From NCBI GenBank assembly GCA_007121075.1, contig SKMK01000034.1, forward strand, positions 21,700-85,699: a stretch of DNA of 64,000 nucleotides. The letters run 5' to 3'. The notes beneath the pieces were generated by a model that did no database searches, was not told the origin of the DNA, and saw only the letters and a list, made by a program, of their open reading frames with translations. Made by a program: the position numbers and the translations under genes. This document shows positions 55,084-63,827 of the stretch, piece by piece. The stretch comes from Syntrophomonadaceae bacterium. GTDB lineage: Bacteria; Bacillota; Dethiobacteria; DTU022. How positions within the stretch are numbered: position 1 is the stretch's first letter; the number at the start of each line of letters is the position of its first letter.

Positions 55084-55491
55084 TCAATCACCGATATTGA
55101 TTGTTTCTTCCTGAACCCGTCCCTCATCTTCGGCAATTATTTCTATAACCAGCTGTTCTCCTGCGCTGTATCCGTCCAGTGAAATTTCCCACATATTATC
55201 TTCAGGGCTATATTCCATGGTTCTTCCTCCGATAACAGCACTTAAATCTTTATCTTCGATGTCATCAAGCAAATAAACCCTAACATGGGTGATGCCAAAT
55301 ACATCTGTAAAGGCGGCTGTTCTGTCCAAATCAATCAAGTCTGCTTCTTCCTCAAAGCCTCCACCCATATTTTCGTAAAGCAAACTGGCCAGACCCAGAG
55401 CCAGCACTACTGCCAGGGCTATAAAAAGAATCCTGACCTGTTTTTTCTTTGTTTGCTGCTTGTTTTCCCTGGCTTTTTCAAACCTGGACAT
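55084..55491 (-). CDS. Hypothetical membrane-anchored acidic protein (135 aa)
   Basis: ATG with AAGGGGTG 8 nt upstream. Lys-rich N-terminus, one TM helix (ILFIALAVVLALGLASLLY), then an acidic extracytoplasmic domain. Confidence 0.55.
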   Translation of the reverse strand: MSRFEKARENKQQTKKKQVRILFIALAVVLALGLASLLYENMGGGFEEEADLIDLDRTAAFTDVFGITHVRVYLLDDIEDKDLSAVIGGRTMEYSPEDNMWEISLDGYSAGEQLVIEIIAEDEGRVQEETINIGD

Positions 55492-55663
55492 AAATAAAAC
55501 ACCCCTTGAAGTGCAAATAAATTTATAACCATAACAAGGGATAACATTATATCAATTTTCTGTTAATCCTGTCAACTGATTCTTGTAAATTTTATTACTT
55601 ATTTTCAAATAGATGGCAGCATTGGAAACAAAAATCTTAAAATAATAGCATCATAGATCAAAT

Positions 55664-56122
55664 TTAACCTGGGTTAAGAAAGGAGAAATAAGGCAGGTTC
55701 CTGATGATCCAAAAGATGATAATCAGGGCTAAAATAGACCATAGCCAAAAAGGGGCAATCTTGAGGTCGGAAGGTTCAAAATTACGGTCAAAAACCAGCC
55801 TGGAAGCTGTAACTGTACCGTAAACAACCAGGGGAAGGCTTAAGACGGCCAGGGTATTGTATTTCAGGGCCAGCTGCAGGCGGCCGTCCAGGAGGTGGCC
55901 TAAAGCCCTGGTCCCCCCGCAGGCCGGGCACAGCAGGCCTGTGGCCTGTAAAAATAGGCATTGATGGGGGCGAACCAGATCACGCAGGCCGGGGGTAGTC
56001 ACATAAAAATAAACCACCACGATCATGACCAGGGCAAAGATGAGCAGGGTCCGTTCTGCCCATATTCTTAGAGGTGAGTTCAAAACAGTTCCATCCTTTG
56101 CCGAAAAACGCTTTGCCAGCAA
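55664..56122 (-). CDS. DUF2752 domain membrane protein
   Basis: 152 aa. The signature CPACGGTRA lies between TM helices. It sits 21 nt downstream of the DUF4190-like gene. Confidence 0.7.
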   Translation of the reverse strand: MLAKRFSAKDGTVLNSPLRIWAERTLLIFALVMIVVVYFYVTTPGLRDLVRPHQCLFLQATGLLCPACGGTRALGHLLDGRLQLALKYNTLAVLSLPLVVYGTVTASRLVFDRNFEPSDLKIAPFWLWSILALIIIFWIIRNLPYFSFLNPG

Positions 56123-56143
56123 AACTTGGGCCTAAAATCGAGG

Positions 56144-56449
56144 CTAGAACTGCATCATCCTGAGCTCGCGCTGAATTATGGGCATGAGTTCACGCAGTAA
56201 AACCTGGCCCACAATAATAAAGACAATGCCCAGCACGATCGAAATTGCCCCGAGGATAATCCCGGCCAGGGCAAACTGCTGCTTTTGCTGGTAAGCCAGT
56301 ATTCCGCAAATTAAAGCCACGATACCGAGCACCACAGAAATGTAGGAACAGCAGAGAAATAAAAGGACACCAATGATGCCTGCTACCAGGGAAATAATAC
56401 CCAGTGTATTGTTCTGGGATCCTACCGCTACCGGCCTCGTATCAGTCAT
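56144..56449 (-). CDS. DUF4190-like small membrane protein
   Basis: The ORF track starts at GTG 56464. ATG 56449 (MTDTRPVAV...) is 8 nt after GGAGG. It has two or three Gly/Ile-rich TM helices (GIISLVAGIIGVLLF..., GIVALICGILAY, AGIILGAISIVLGIVFIIVG). Confidence 0.65.
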   Translation of the reverse strand: MTDTRPVAVGSQNNTLGIISLVAGIIGVLLFLCCSYISVVLGIVALICGILAYQQKQQFALAGIILGAISIVLGIVFIIVGQVLLRELMPIIQRELRMMQF

Positions 56450-56559
56450 CGACTGCACCTCCACTGGTTCAATTTATTTACTGTAATAATAGTTCTTGTT
56501 AAATTCAGATTTTCCTTTAATTAGAGCGGTTTAATTAAAGTTTTGGTGGAGGCGGTTAA

Positions 56560-59043
56560 TCACTGCCTCCACCAATCGCTTTCGTTATTTTCATCTCCGC
56601 CATCACCCTGGCCGCCGCTGCCCTGGTTGCCGGAGCCGTTGTTAGAATCACCGTTATCCGGCTCTTCCGGAGGATCATCCGGGGGATCATCCGTCTGGTC
56701 ATTTCCATTGGAAGGCTCATCCGGTTCATCGCCATCATCCGGGGGCTCACCGTTCGGATCATCCTCAACTGGTTCACCGTTATCCGGTTCACCGTTATCC
56801 GGTTCACCGTTATCGGGTTCATCGACCGGTTCATCATTTTCATCTTCATCGGGCTCTTCCGGCTCCGGAACCTGGTGTCGATCACAGGGGACTCTGGGCG
56901 CATACTGTTCGTTAAAATAATCGTACCTGACGCTTCCGGCTGACCGACAGGCTTCAGTAGCTCTCAGCCCGGTAACAGTGCATACTTCCATCCTCACTAT
57001 ACCGTCAGGGCGGTTGAAGTCCCTGATCTCAAGGTCCTGAAAAGCCTCCAGGAATACTTCGCGCAGGAAAGCGGTAGAATAACGCCAGCCCTGCTGGATT
57101 CCACCCATTTTCGGCTCGTCGTAACCCATCCAGAATGTGGCGACTACGTTTGGGGTATAAGCAGCCAGGTAAACATCTTTCCAGTTTTCCGTTGTGCCTG
57201 TTTTAGCCGCTACAGGCCGGTCAATCTGTAAAGCCCGGCCGAGGTAAACTTGTACAAAATCCTGCAAAATATCATTGACCAGAAAGGTACTCTGGGGGCT
57301 TAACACCTGGGCGGGGTTTATTTCCCGTTCGTAAAGAATACCTCCCTGGCGATCTTCAATCCTTTCCACGGTGTGCATATCGACCTTGACGCCTTCATTG
57401 GCCAGGACCCCGTAAGCCTGGGCCATTTCAATAGCTGTTACTCCCCTCGTAAAGCCGCCCAGGGCCAGGCTGAGGTTATCAATTTCATCGGGTACAAAGG
57501 AGTTTATGCCCATTTTTTGAGCATAATGCACACCTACCCTCGGGCCCAAGTCTTCGAAAGCTCGCACCGCAGGGACATTATAGGAGTAATAAAGGGCATC
57601 CCGGGCCGGTATCCAGCCCCGGAAGCGGTTATCAAAGTTCTTCGGCTGCCAGCCTTGTGGCCCGGTATAGGGCGAGTCATTAAGGGTCGAACCGGCGCCG
57701 GCCAGCACTCCTTCTTCAAAAGCCGGCGCGTAAGTAATGATCGGTTTGATCGCCGATCCGGGCTGGCGATGGGTGCTGAAACGCAGGACTTCATCGACAT
57801 TTTTCTGGTAATCGCGTCCTCCTCCCAGGGCCCTGATCCGGCCGGTGGTCGGATCGGCCAACACAATAGCCGCCTGGGGTTGGGGAACGCCGTCTTCCTC
57901 ATCTATGAATTCCTGCAGCTGTTCCCAGGACAGGTCGCGTCCTGGCGGGAGCTGGGCAATCGCTTCTTTTACCCGGGGCATATCGACATAAATTGTAGTC
58001 GGATAAAGGTCATCCCGGTTCAAAACAGTTTCTACGTGACTTTGCATTTTGGGATCAAGAGTTGTATAAATCCTCAGGCCGCCGGTATAGATCGCCCGGT
58101 AAGCTTCTTCCCGGGTTTCGATTGAGGGTATGGCACTTAGTATTTCTATCAGCTCATGGTGGACTACATGATCGACAAAGTGAGGATAGGGATACTCGGG
58201 ATCGCGCGGTTCCGCATAGTCAAGTTCTTGTGCCAGCGCATCCCGGCGCTGGCTTTCCGTAATATAGTTTAACCTTTCCATGCTTGAAAGAACGGTCTGC
58301 ATCCTTTCTATCGACCTGACCTCATCATCAATAGGGTTAAAATTGTTTGGAGAACGGACAATACCGCCCAGCATTGCCGCTTCAGCCAGGGTTATCTCAT
58401 CAACACTTTTATTAAAATAAGTCTGGGCCGCCGCCTCAACACCATAAGCGCTGTTTCCAAAGTAGATCCGGTTCAGGTAAAGTTCTAATATTTCTTCCTT
58501 GCTGTAGCTACGCTCAAGCTGCAGGGCCAGCCATATTTCCTGAACTTTGCGCCTGTATGTCTTTTCCGTTGTTAAAAAAGCATTTTGGGCCAGCTGCTGG
58601 GTAATGGTACTGCCGCCCTGAATAATCTCACCGGCCTGGAAATTGGCATAAGCCGCTCTTATACTGCCGGTAACATCAAAGCCAAAATGATCATAAAATC
58701 GTTCATCCTCGATGGCGATAAACGCCTGCCGGACATGGTCCGGCACATCGTCAAGGCTGACTACAATCCGGTTTTGCTCTTCGTGGAGGACAGTTATTTC
58801 ATTGCCCTCGCTGTCAAAGAGATATGAGGTTTCCACCGTAGCCAGGCGGGCAGGATTAAAGGGCGGAGTTTCATTGACATAATGAATTACAACCGCCGCC
58901 GTAGCCCCACCTCCAATAAGAAAGAAGATAATCAGCAGGGCAAAAAGGACTTTCAAGATACTCCCCAGCCGGACTGTCCGGCTGTTAGTCTTAGCTGTAG
59001 CATTTTTTGTTTTAGTATCCATGGGGACTTTCTTTTCAGCCAC
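56560..59043 (-). CDS. Class A penicillin-binding protein (PBP1A type: glycosyltransferase GT51 + transpeptidase) with ~100 aa acidic C-terminal tail
   Basis: The longest ORF runs to 59103. GTG 59043 follows GGGAGGA by 10 nt, and ATG 59022 is an alternative start. GT51 motifs: EDERFYDHFG, GGSTITQQLA, RKVQE. Transpeptidase motifs: SAIKP, SYN, KTGTT. Confidence 0.9.
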   Translation of the reverse strand: MAEKKVPMDTKTKNATAKTNSRTVRLGSILKVLFALLIIFFLIGGGATAAVVIHYVNETPPFNPARLATVETSYLFDSEGNEITVLHEEQNRIVVSLDDVPDHVRQAFIAIEDERFYDHFGFDVTGSIRAAYANFQAGEIIQGGSTITQQLAQNAFLTTEKTYRRKVQEIWLALQLERSYSKEEILELYLNRIYFGNSAYGVEAAAQTYFNKSVDEITLAEAAMLGGIVRSPNNFNPIDDEVRSIERMQTVLSSMERLNYITESQRRDALAQELDYAEPRDPEYPYPHFVDHVVHHELIEILSAIPSIETREEAYRAIYTGGLRIYTTLDPKMQSHVETVLNRDDLYPTTIYVDMPRVKEAIAQLPPGRDLSWEQLQEFIDEEDGVPQPQAAIVLADPTTGRIRALGGGRDYQKNVDEVLRFSTHRQPGSAIKPIITYAPAFEEGVLAGAGSTLNDSPYTGPQGWQPKNFDNRFRGWIPARDALYYSYNVPAVRAFEDLGPRVGVHYAQKMGINSFVPDEIDNLSLALGGFTRGVTAIEMAQAYGVLANEGVKVDMHTVERIEDRQGGILYEREINPAQVLSPQSTFLVNDILQDFVQVYLGRALQIDRPVAAKTGTTENWKDVYLAAYTPNVVATFWMGYDEPKMGGIQQGWRYSTAFLREVFLEAFQDLEIRDFNRPDGIVRMEVCTVTGLRATEACRSAGSVRYDYFNEQYAPRVPCDRHQVPEPEEPDEDENDEPVDEPDNGEPDNGEPDNGEPVEDDPNGEPPDDGDEPDEPSNGNDQTDDPPDDPPEEPDNGDSNNGSGNQGSGGQGDGGDENNESDWWRQ
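56771..56815. repeat. 15-bp tandem repeat x3 inside the PBP tail coding region
   Basis: GGTTCACCGTTATCC, GGTTCACCGTTATCC, GGTTCACCGTTATCG on the plus strand, encoding (GEPDN)x3 on the minus strand. Confidence 0.9.
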
Positions 59044-59334
59044 TAAACCTAAATCCTCCCTTAAATTACACTGGATGCTCGAAAAAACAACCCCAATTTG
59101 CATACTTCAAATCTTAGCAGTCGCTTCAAACCACTACCAAAACAATGCAAAAAGAGGTTTATTGTATAAATCTTATTACAATTATATCATAGTTGTCACT
59201 ATCCATACCCGGTAGTGAGCTGCCAGGATAAAACATGCCTCGACGACCACCCGGCAAGCCATAATTCCTCTCTCATAATTATGACCACCGGAATCCTTTT
59301 AAGGTTCCCCGAAGGTTATAAATTTATCAAAGGG

Positions 59335-59481
59335 TCACGGGGCGCTGTCTTTGTTTTCCTTATCGGCATAGGGATTTTCAAGCTCCTGGTTGCAATAACA
59401 ACATTCTATGGTGTCTTTTTCCCTTTCCGGACAGGAACTGTAGAATTTGCGGTGGCAATGCGGGCATTTCCATTCAAACAT
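59335..59481 (-). CDS. Small zinc-ribbon protein (48 aa), below the ORF-track size cutoff
   Basis: ATG 59481 with GGAGGGAG 5 nt upstream. Translation: MFEWKCPHCHRKFYSSCPEREKDTIECCYCNQELENPYADKENKDSAP (CxxC ... CCxC). TGA stop at 59335-59337. It is antisense to the listed 59215-59532 ORF, which I reject. Confidence 0.55.
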   Translation of the reverse strand: MFEWKCPHCHRKFYSSCPEREKDTIECCYCNQELENPYADKENKDSAP

Positions 59482-59598
59482 TTAATCTCCCTCCACCCAT
59501 GCTTTAGCAACGGTTTCCCGAACCGGTGGTAAAGACAGAATCATTATTTTTTAGGATCACTACTTAACAAAAAACCACTCGCCTGATTCTCCTTGTAT

Positions 59599-60378
59599 TT
59601 ACCGCCCTTTCCAGTGCGGTTCTCTCTTTTCCATGAAAGCGGCAATTCCTTCCCTGAAGTCTTCGGTTTGCAGTAAGTTTCCCAGGGCTTGCTGTTCAAT
59701 CTCCAGCCCCGTTTCCAGATCAGCATCGATCCCCTTGTTGATCGCCTCCTTAATTTTTTTAAGTCCGACCGGGGGCTTGCCGGCCAGTTTTTCGGCAAAC
59801 TCGCTCACAGTCCGGTCCAGATTTTCCTTGGGCACTACCTCATCGGTCAAACCAATACTTTTTGCCTCAGTGCCGTTAACGGCTTCACCGGTCAAAATCA
59901 TCCATTTGGCCCTCGAAACGCCTACCCGACGGGGCAAACGCTGAGTTCCGCCCCAACCGGGTAAAAGGCCCCGGTTTATTTCGGGCAGGCCTATTTCAGA
60001 ATTCTCGGAAGCAAAAATAAAATCGCAGGCCAGGGACAATTCACAGCCTCCACCAAGGGCATAGCCATTAATCATGGCAATAACCGGTTTTTCATATGCA
60101 GCAACCAGTTCCACGATCGGTTCCACCTGGGCAGTTTCTGAAAGATCCCAGCCGGCTGAAAAACAGTGGGTAATTTCCTGTCGCCCTTCTTTTTCCCTGA
60201 TCCTGGGGTTGCCGGTAATAACCAGGACCCTGATTTCATCATCCTGCGCTATATCTTCAAGGGCCTCTTTCATCTCCTGGCCCAGGGTGCTGTTAATCGC
60301 ATTCAGGCGCTGTGGACGGTTAAAGATTATTCGCGCTACATGATCTCTTTTTTCTACGATAATCGCCTCATAGGCCAT
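59599..60378 (-). CDS. Enoyl-CoA hydratase/isomerase (crotonase) family protein
   Basis: 259 aa. Oxyanion-hole and catalytic segments FSAGWDL, GYALGGGCELSLACDF, EINRGLLPGWGGTQRL. Confidence 0.88.
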   Translation of the reverse strand: MAYEAIIVEKRDHVARIIFNRPQRLNAINSTLGQEMKEALEDIAQDDEIRVLVITGNPRIREKEGRQEITHCFSAGWDLSETAQVEPIVELVAAYEKPVIAMINGYALGGGCELSLACDFIFASENSEIGLPEINRGLLPGWGGTQRLPRRVGVSRAKWMILTGEAVNGTEAKSIGLTDEVVPKENLDRTVSEFAEKLAGKPPVGLKKIKEAINKGIDADLETGLEIEQQALGNLLQTEDFREGIAAFMEKREPHWKGR

Positions 60379-60475
60379 CCCGACACCTCTTTCATTAGAT
60401 TATTTACGCAATATAAAAACTTCTATATTAATCTATTTATTCCTGCCGGGGGCCGTCAGATTGCCATCCACCCGA

Positions 60476-60670
60476 TTATTGCTTTCTTCCCTTCAAAACG
60501 GGCTCAATCCTGCTTTTTAAAGGCTCGGGAACATTTTTAATTTTATGATCATCCACTTTTTTTATAACTGGGCTGTTTACATTTACAATCATGGCCAGTT
60601 CTTTTGCGGTCAGACCCTGTTTCTTACGCAGTTCTTTGACGGTTTTGTTGCCAAAAATCCAAAAGAGCAT
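60476..60670 (-). CDS. Small XRE-like helix-turn-helix protein (64 aa)
   Basis: The ORF track starts at 60700. ATG 60670 is 6 nt after GGAGG. HTH segment: VKELRKKQGLTAKELAMIVNVNSPVIKKV. Confidence 0.55.
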   Translation of the reverse strand: MLFWIFGNKTVKELRKKQGLTAKELAMIVNVNSPVIKKVDDHKIKNVPEPLKSRIEPVLKGRKQ

Positions 60671-60686
60671 CACTTTCCTCCCCTGG

Positions 60687-60947
60687 TTAGATCCCTGCAC
60701 TGAATAGCATTATAAAGCCTATGGCCATAAAATAAAAGACTATCCCCAGGGCGATCACAGCCAGTATTTTCTCGAAAACATCAATTTTTTTCTGACGTTC
60801 CAGGCAGTTGGGACACAATGGCATTTTTTCAAAATGGAACAACGGAAAATGCTCCCGTTTGTAACCGCCCCTGATCGGGTGATTGGTTACTTCCCGATCA
60901 TTAACCTGCTTGGCGCATTTATGGCATCTTTGTTCTTCATTAGTCAT
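60687..60947 (-). CDS. Small zinc-ribbon protein with a C-terminal TM helix (86 aa)
   Basis: CHKC ... CPNC, then the TM helix ILAVIALGIVFYFMAIGFIMLF. It starts 13 nt after the korB stop. Confidence 0.5.
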   Translation of the reverse strand: MTNEEQRCHKCAKQVNDREVTNHPIRGGYKREHFPLFHFEKMPLCPNCLERQKKIDVFEKILAVIALGIVFYFMAIGFIMLFSAGI

Positions 60948-60959
60948 AATTACTCACCT

Positions 60960-61811
60960 TTACAGAAACTCTTCCTGTAGACCTGACATTTCTTGCGGAT
61001 CAAAAGGCCTGAAGCTTAAGGGCTCTCCTTCCAGGGCCGCCCTGCTCTCTTCAAAAGTCCGGTGCGGGTTGTTGTAAAATATACCGAGAGGGATTTGCTC
61101 GCCCCACTGCCGGGACAGATCCATGGCAGCAGACCAGTCCCGGGGATCTTCGATTTCCGGGAAGTAAACCCGCTTTTTATACCAGCCGCGAGTGTTAACC
61201 TTGTTGAACGATGGGCAGGGCTGCAGGATATCGATCAAGGCATAGCCGCTGAAATTAATGGCCTCTTTCATGGTTTCTTTAAGATGTTCTTTTTCACCGC
61301 TGAAACAACGGGCTACAAAACCTGCTCCCATGACCAGGGCCAGGGAAAGCGGGTTTAGGGGCGAGACCGTTACCCCCTCGACCTGGACCCCGGTTACCAT
61401 GCCGGGATCGCTGGTAGGGCTGGCCTGCCCCTTGGTCAGGCCGTAGACCTGGTTATCGTGGACAAAATGGGCAATGTCGGGATTGCGGCGGATATTATGA
61501 ATAAAGTGGTTGCCACCCTCTCCGTAACTGTCCCCGTCACCTGATTCTACAATTACTTTTAAATTATGGTTAGCCACCCTGGCCCCCACTGCCGGGGACA
61601 GGGCCCTGCCGTGTAAGCCGTTAAAACCATTTACCCGGATGTAATGCGGGATTTTAGCCGCCTGACCAATTCCTGATACCAGCAGCACCTGGTGCGACTC
61701 CAAGCAGTGTTCCGCCAGGGCTCCGGCCAGGGCTTCGCGGATGGCAAAATTGCCGCACCCTGGACACCAGGCTGTTTCGCCAATAATGTAGTGTTCAGCT
61801 TTACAGGTCAT
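60960..61811 (-). CDS. korB: 2-oxoacid:ferredoxin oxidoreductase beta (TPP-binding) subunit
   Basis: The ORF track starts at 61859. ATG 61811 (MTCKAEHY...) follows GGAGGAGG and overlaps the korA stop by 11 nt. Motifs: WCPGCGNF, GDGDSYGEGGNH. Confidence 0.88.
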   Translation of the reverse strand: MTCKAEHYIIGETAWCPGCGNFAIREALAGALAEHCLESHQVLLVSGIGQAAKIPHYIRVNGFNGLHGRALSPAVGARVANHNLKVIVESGDGDSYGEGGNHFIHNIRRNPDIAHFVHDNQVYGLTKGQASPTSDPGMVTGVQVEGVTVSPLNPLSLALVMGAGFVARCFSGEKEHLKETMKEAINFSGYALIDILQPCPSFNKVNTRGWYKKRVYFPEIEDPRDWSAAMDLSRQWGEQIPLGIFYNNPHRTFEESRAALEGEPLSFRPFDPQEMSGLQEEFL

Positions 61812-63510
61812 CTTGCACCTCCTCCACAATTTCACGGGACAGGAAAGGCCTGCCGTCATATTTCAGGATCAAACCGCCGATCGAAAGGCCGGATTCCCGG
61901 CGGATCAGGGCAGAGAGCTGTCCACCGGCATTGTTTTCGACACAGTAACTATTTTCTACTTCGGCAAGCAGGCTGCGCAGCCTTTTTTGGGGGAGTGGCC
62001 ACAGATCGCTGAAATGGAGCATGGCCGTTTTTGTTCCCAGGGCGATCAGAGCATCCACTGCCTCCCTGATCACTCCGTAAGTTGAGCCCCATCCGATTAA
62101 TAAAACTTCCGGGTGGGGATCACCGTAAAGATCTGGCTCGTCCATTTCCTCGGCCAGGCTGTCTAGCTTGCGCATCCTCTTTTCAACCATGGCCCTGCGG
62201 GTGGCGGCATCTTCGATGATATTGCCTTTTTCATCGTGTTCGTCGCTGTCGACCAGGACCACTTCATTTTCGAATTGCCCGGGCAGGGCCCGCGGGGAAA
62301 TCCCGTTATCGGTGATCCGGTAGCGCTGGTAGGGTTTTTCTAAACTGCCTTCTTCGGCCAACTGCCGGTTGTATCCGAGACGGCTGAAATCGTAAGGTTC
62401 GACCGATCGGTGCGTATCGGCAAAATTCTGATCGGAAAGAAAAAAGATCGGGGTCTGGTAGCGATCGGCCAGTTCAAAAGCCTTGTTGAGGCGATAGAAG
62501 GCATCTTCATGCGAAGTAGCACTTAACACCGCTCGCGGAAATTCGCCGTGCCCGCTGTGCAGGATAAATTCAAGGTCGGCCTGTTCCGTCCGTGTAGGCA
62601 GGCCGGTTGCAGGACCGGGCCGCATGGCCACCACAACAACAATCGGGGTTTCGATCATCCCGGCCAAAGATACTCCTTCCACCATCAGGGAAAAACCACC
62701 GCCCGATGTGCAGGTCATGGACCTGACTCCGGTATAGGAAGCGCCCAGGGCCATATTTATGGCCGCTATTTCATCTTCTGCCTGCTCGACTATTACCGGG
62801 TAATCCGGGCTTTTCCCGGCCAGGTAATTCATAATGCCAGTCGATGGGGTCATGGGGTAAGCCGATAAAAACCGGCAGCCGCTGGACATGGCAGCCATAC
62901 CCAGGACCTGGTTACCGTCGATAAAAAGTTTCTTACCGTCTTCGTTTTTAGGCGGCAAATCAAAGCAGGCGCTGCAAAACCGGGCCGCCGCATCATAACC
63001 GGCTTTCAGGGCGGTGATATTTTTACCGGCAACCCCTTCTTTGCCGGCGAAGGTGTCTTTCAATAATTCTTCCACGGTCGGAGTTTCAAGGCCTATCAGG
63101 ACCAGGAGGGCTCCGACGGCCACCGTGTTGGCCATAACCTTCCCGCCTGCTTCCTCGGCCAGCTTTTGCAGTTCCACAGGTATGCCTCGATTTTCATTTT
63201 CGGGAATGCTGAACAGCTGCGGGTCGTAAATAACTCGCCCCGAAGGGGTCAGATTGTCGCGATGGAGGTTGTAGGTTTCTTCATTTAGCGCCACCAGGAT
63301 ATCAACCGACTCCACTGTGCTCCAGGGGGTGCCCGGGGCAATCCTAAGCCTTGAAAAGTTATGCCCGCCCCGGACCCGGGACATATAATCCTTGGTATAA
63401 ATCAACCCGAACCCTTCCCTGACCAGGGTTTTGCCGAGCAGGTTCATAATCGTTTCCATTCCTTGGCCGGCGGCTCCCCCGATGAGAATGTTTATTTCCA
63501 TAACCGACAC
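61801..63510 (-). CDS. korA: 2-oxoacid:ferredoxin oxidoreductase alpha subunit with fused N-terminal gamma domain
   Basis: 569 aa. The N-terminal GGAAGQGMETI is the gamma-domain signature, and the alpha (pyrimidine-binding) domain follows. ATG 63501 is an alternative start. Confidence 0.88.
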   Translation of the reverse strand: MSVMEINILIGGAAGQGMETIMNLLGKTLVREGFGLIYTKDYMSRVRGGHNFSRLRIAPGTPWSTVESVDILVALNEETYNLHRDNLTPSGRVIYDPQLFSIPENENRGIPVELQKLAEEAGGKVMANTVAVGALLVLIGLETPTVEELLKDTFAGKEGVAGKNITALKAGYDAAARFCSACFDLPPKNEDGKKLFIDGNQVLGMAAMSSGCRFLSAYPMTPSTGIMNYLAGKSPDYPVIVEQAEDEIAAINMALGASYTGVRSMTCTSGGGFSLMVEGVSLAGMIETPIVVVVAMRPGPATGLPTRTEQADLEFILHSGHGEFPRAVLSATSHEDAFYRLNKAFELADRYQTPIFFLSDQNFADTHRSVEPYDFSRLGYNRQLAEEGSLEKPYQRYRITDNGISPRALPGQFENEVVLVDSDEHDEKGNIIEDAATRRAMVEKRMRKLDSLAEEMDEPDLYGDPHPEVLLIGWGSTYGVIREAVDALIALGTKTAMLHFSDLWPLPQKRLRSLLAEVENSYCVENNAGGQLSALIRRESGLSIGGLILKYDGRPFLSREIVEEVQDDL

Positions 63511-63827
63511 TCAACTCCCTTTCAATCAGATTTTAAATTGCCGTTTTCTGCCTTCATATTTATGATGTGTGTTTTTTTATCTTTCCCGGGCAATTTATTA
63601 ATGAAATCCAAGAATGCATTTTCATAATAATATCATATTTAGGACCTGAAACCATAATCAATGATGCTGAAAGCTATTGGTAGTAGAGGTAACTTGCGGG
63701 CAGTTTAAAACAAAAAGTTCAGGGCCTAAAAAAATTATCCAGTAAATCAATAATTTTCTTCGGGATTAACCGCCCTGTTTCGGACGCAGTAATTTTTCAA
63801 AAGGTTCTTGTGGCATTTATTAAGAAC

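Noticed and set aside
56771-56815. Tandem repeats considered as a possible CRISPR or minisatellite locus
   Set aside because: The 15 bp units are directly adjacent with no spacers, and they are in frame within a coding tail. It is not a CRISPR array. No CRISPR-like repeat-spacer structure was seen anywhere in the window.
56543-56920. ORFs 56543-56920 (+) and 56556-56903 (-) over the PBP tail
   Set aside because: Same artefact: low-complexity repeat DNA is open in several frames. The frame contiguous with the PBP body is the real one.
57373-58125. 250 aa plus-strand ORF inside the PBP1A gene
   Set aside because: Antisense shadow of a gene with clear GT51 and transpeptidase motifs.
59215-59532. 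105 aa plus-strand ORF
   Set aside because: GTG start with no SD and an implausible composition. The opposite strand has a well-signalled 48 aa zinc-ribbon ORF.
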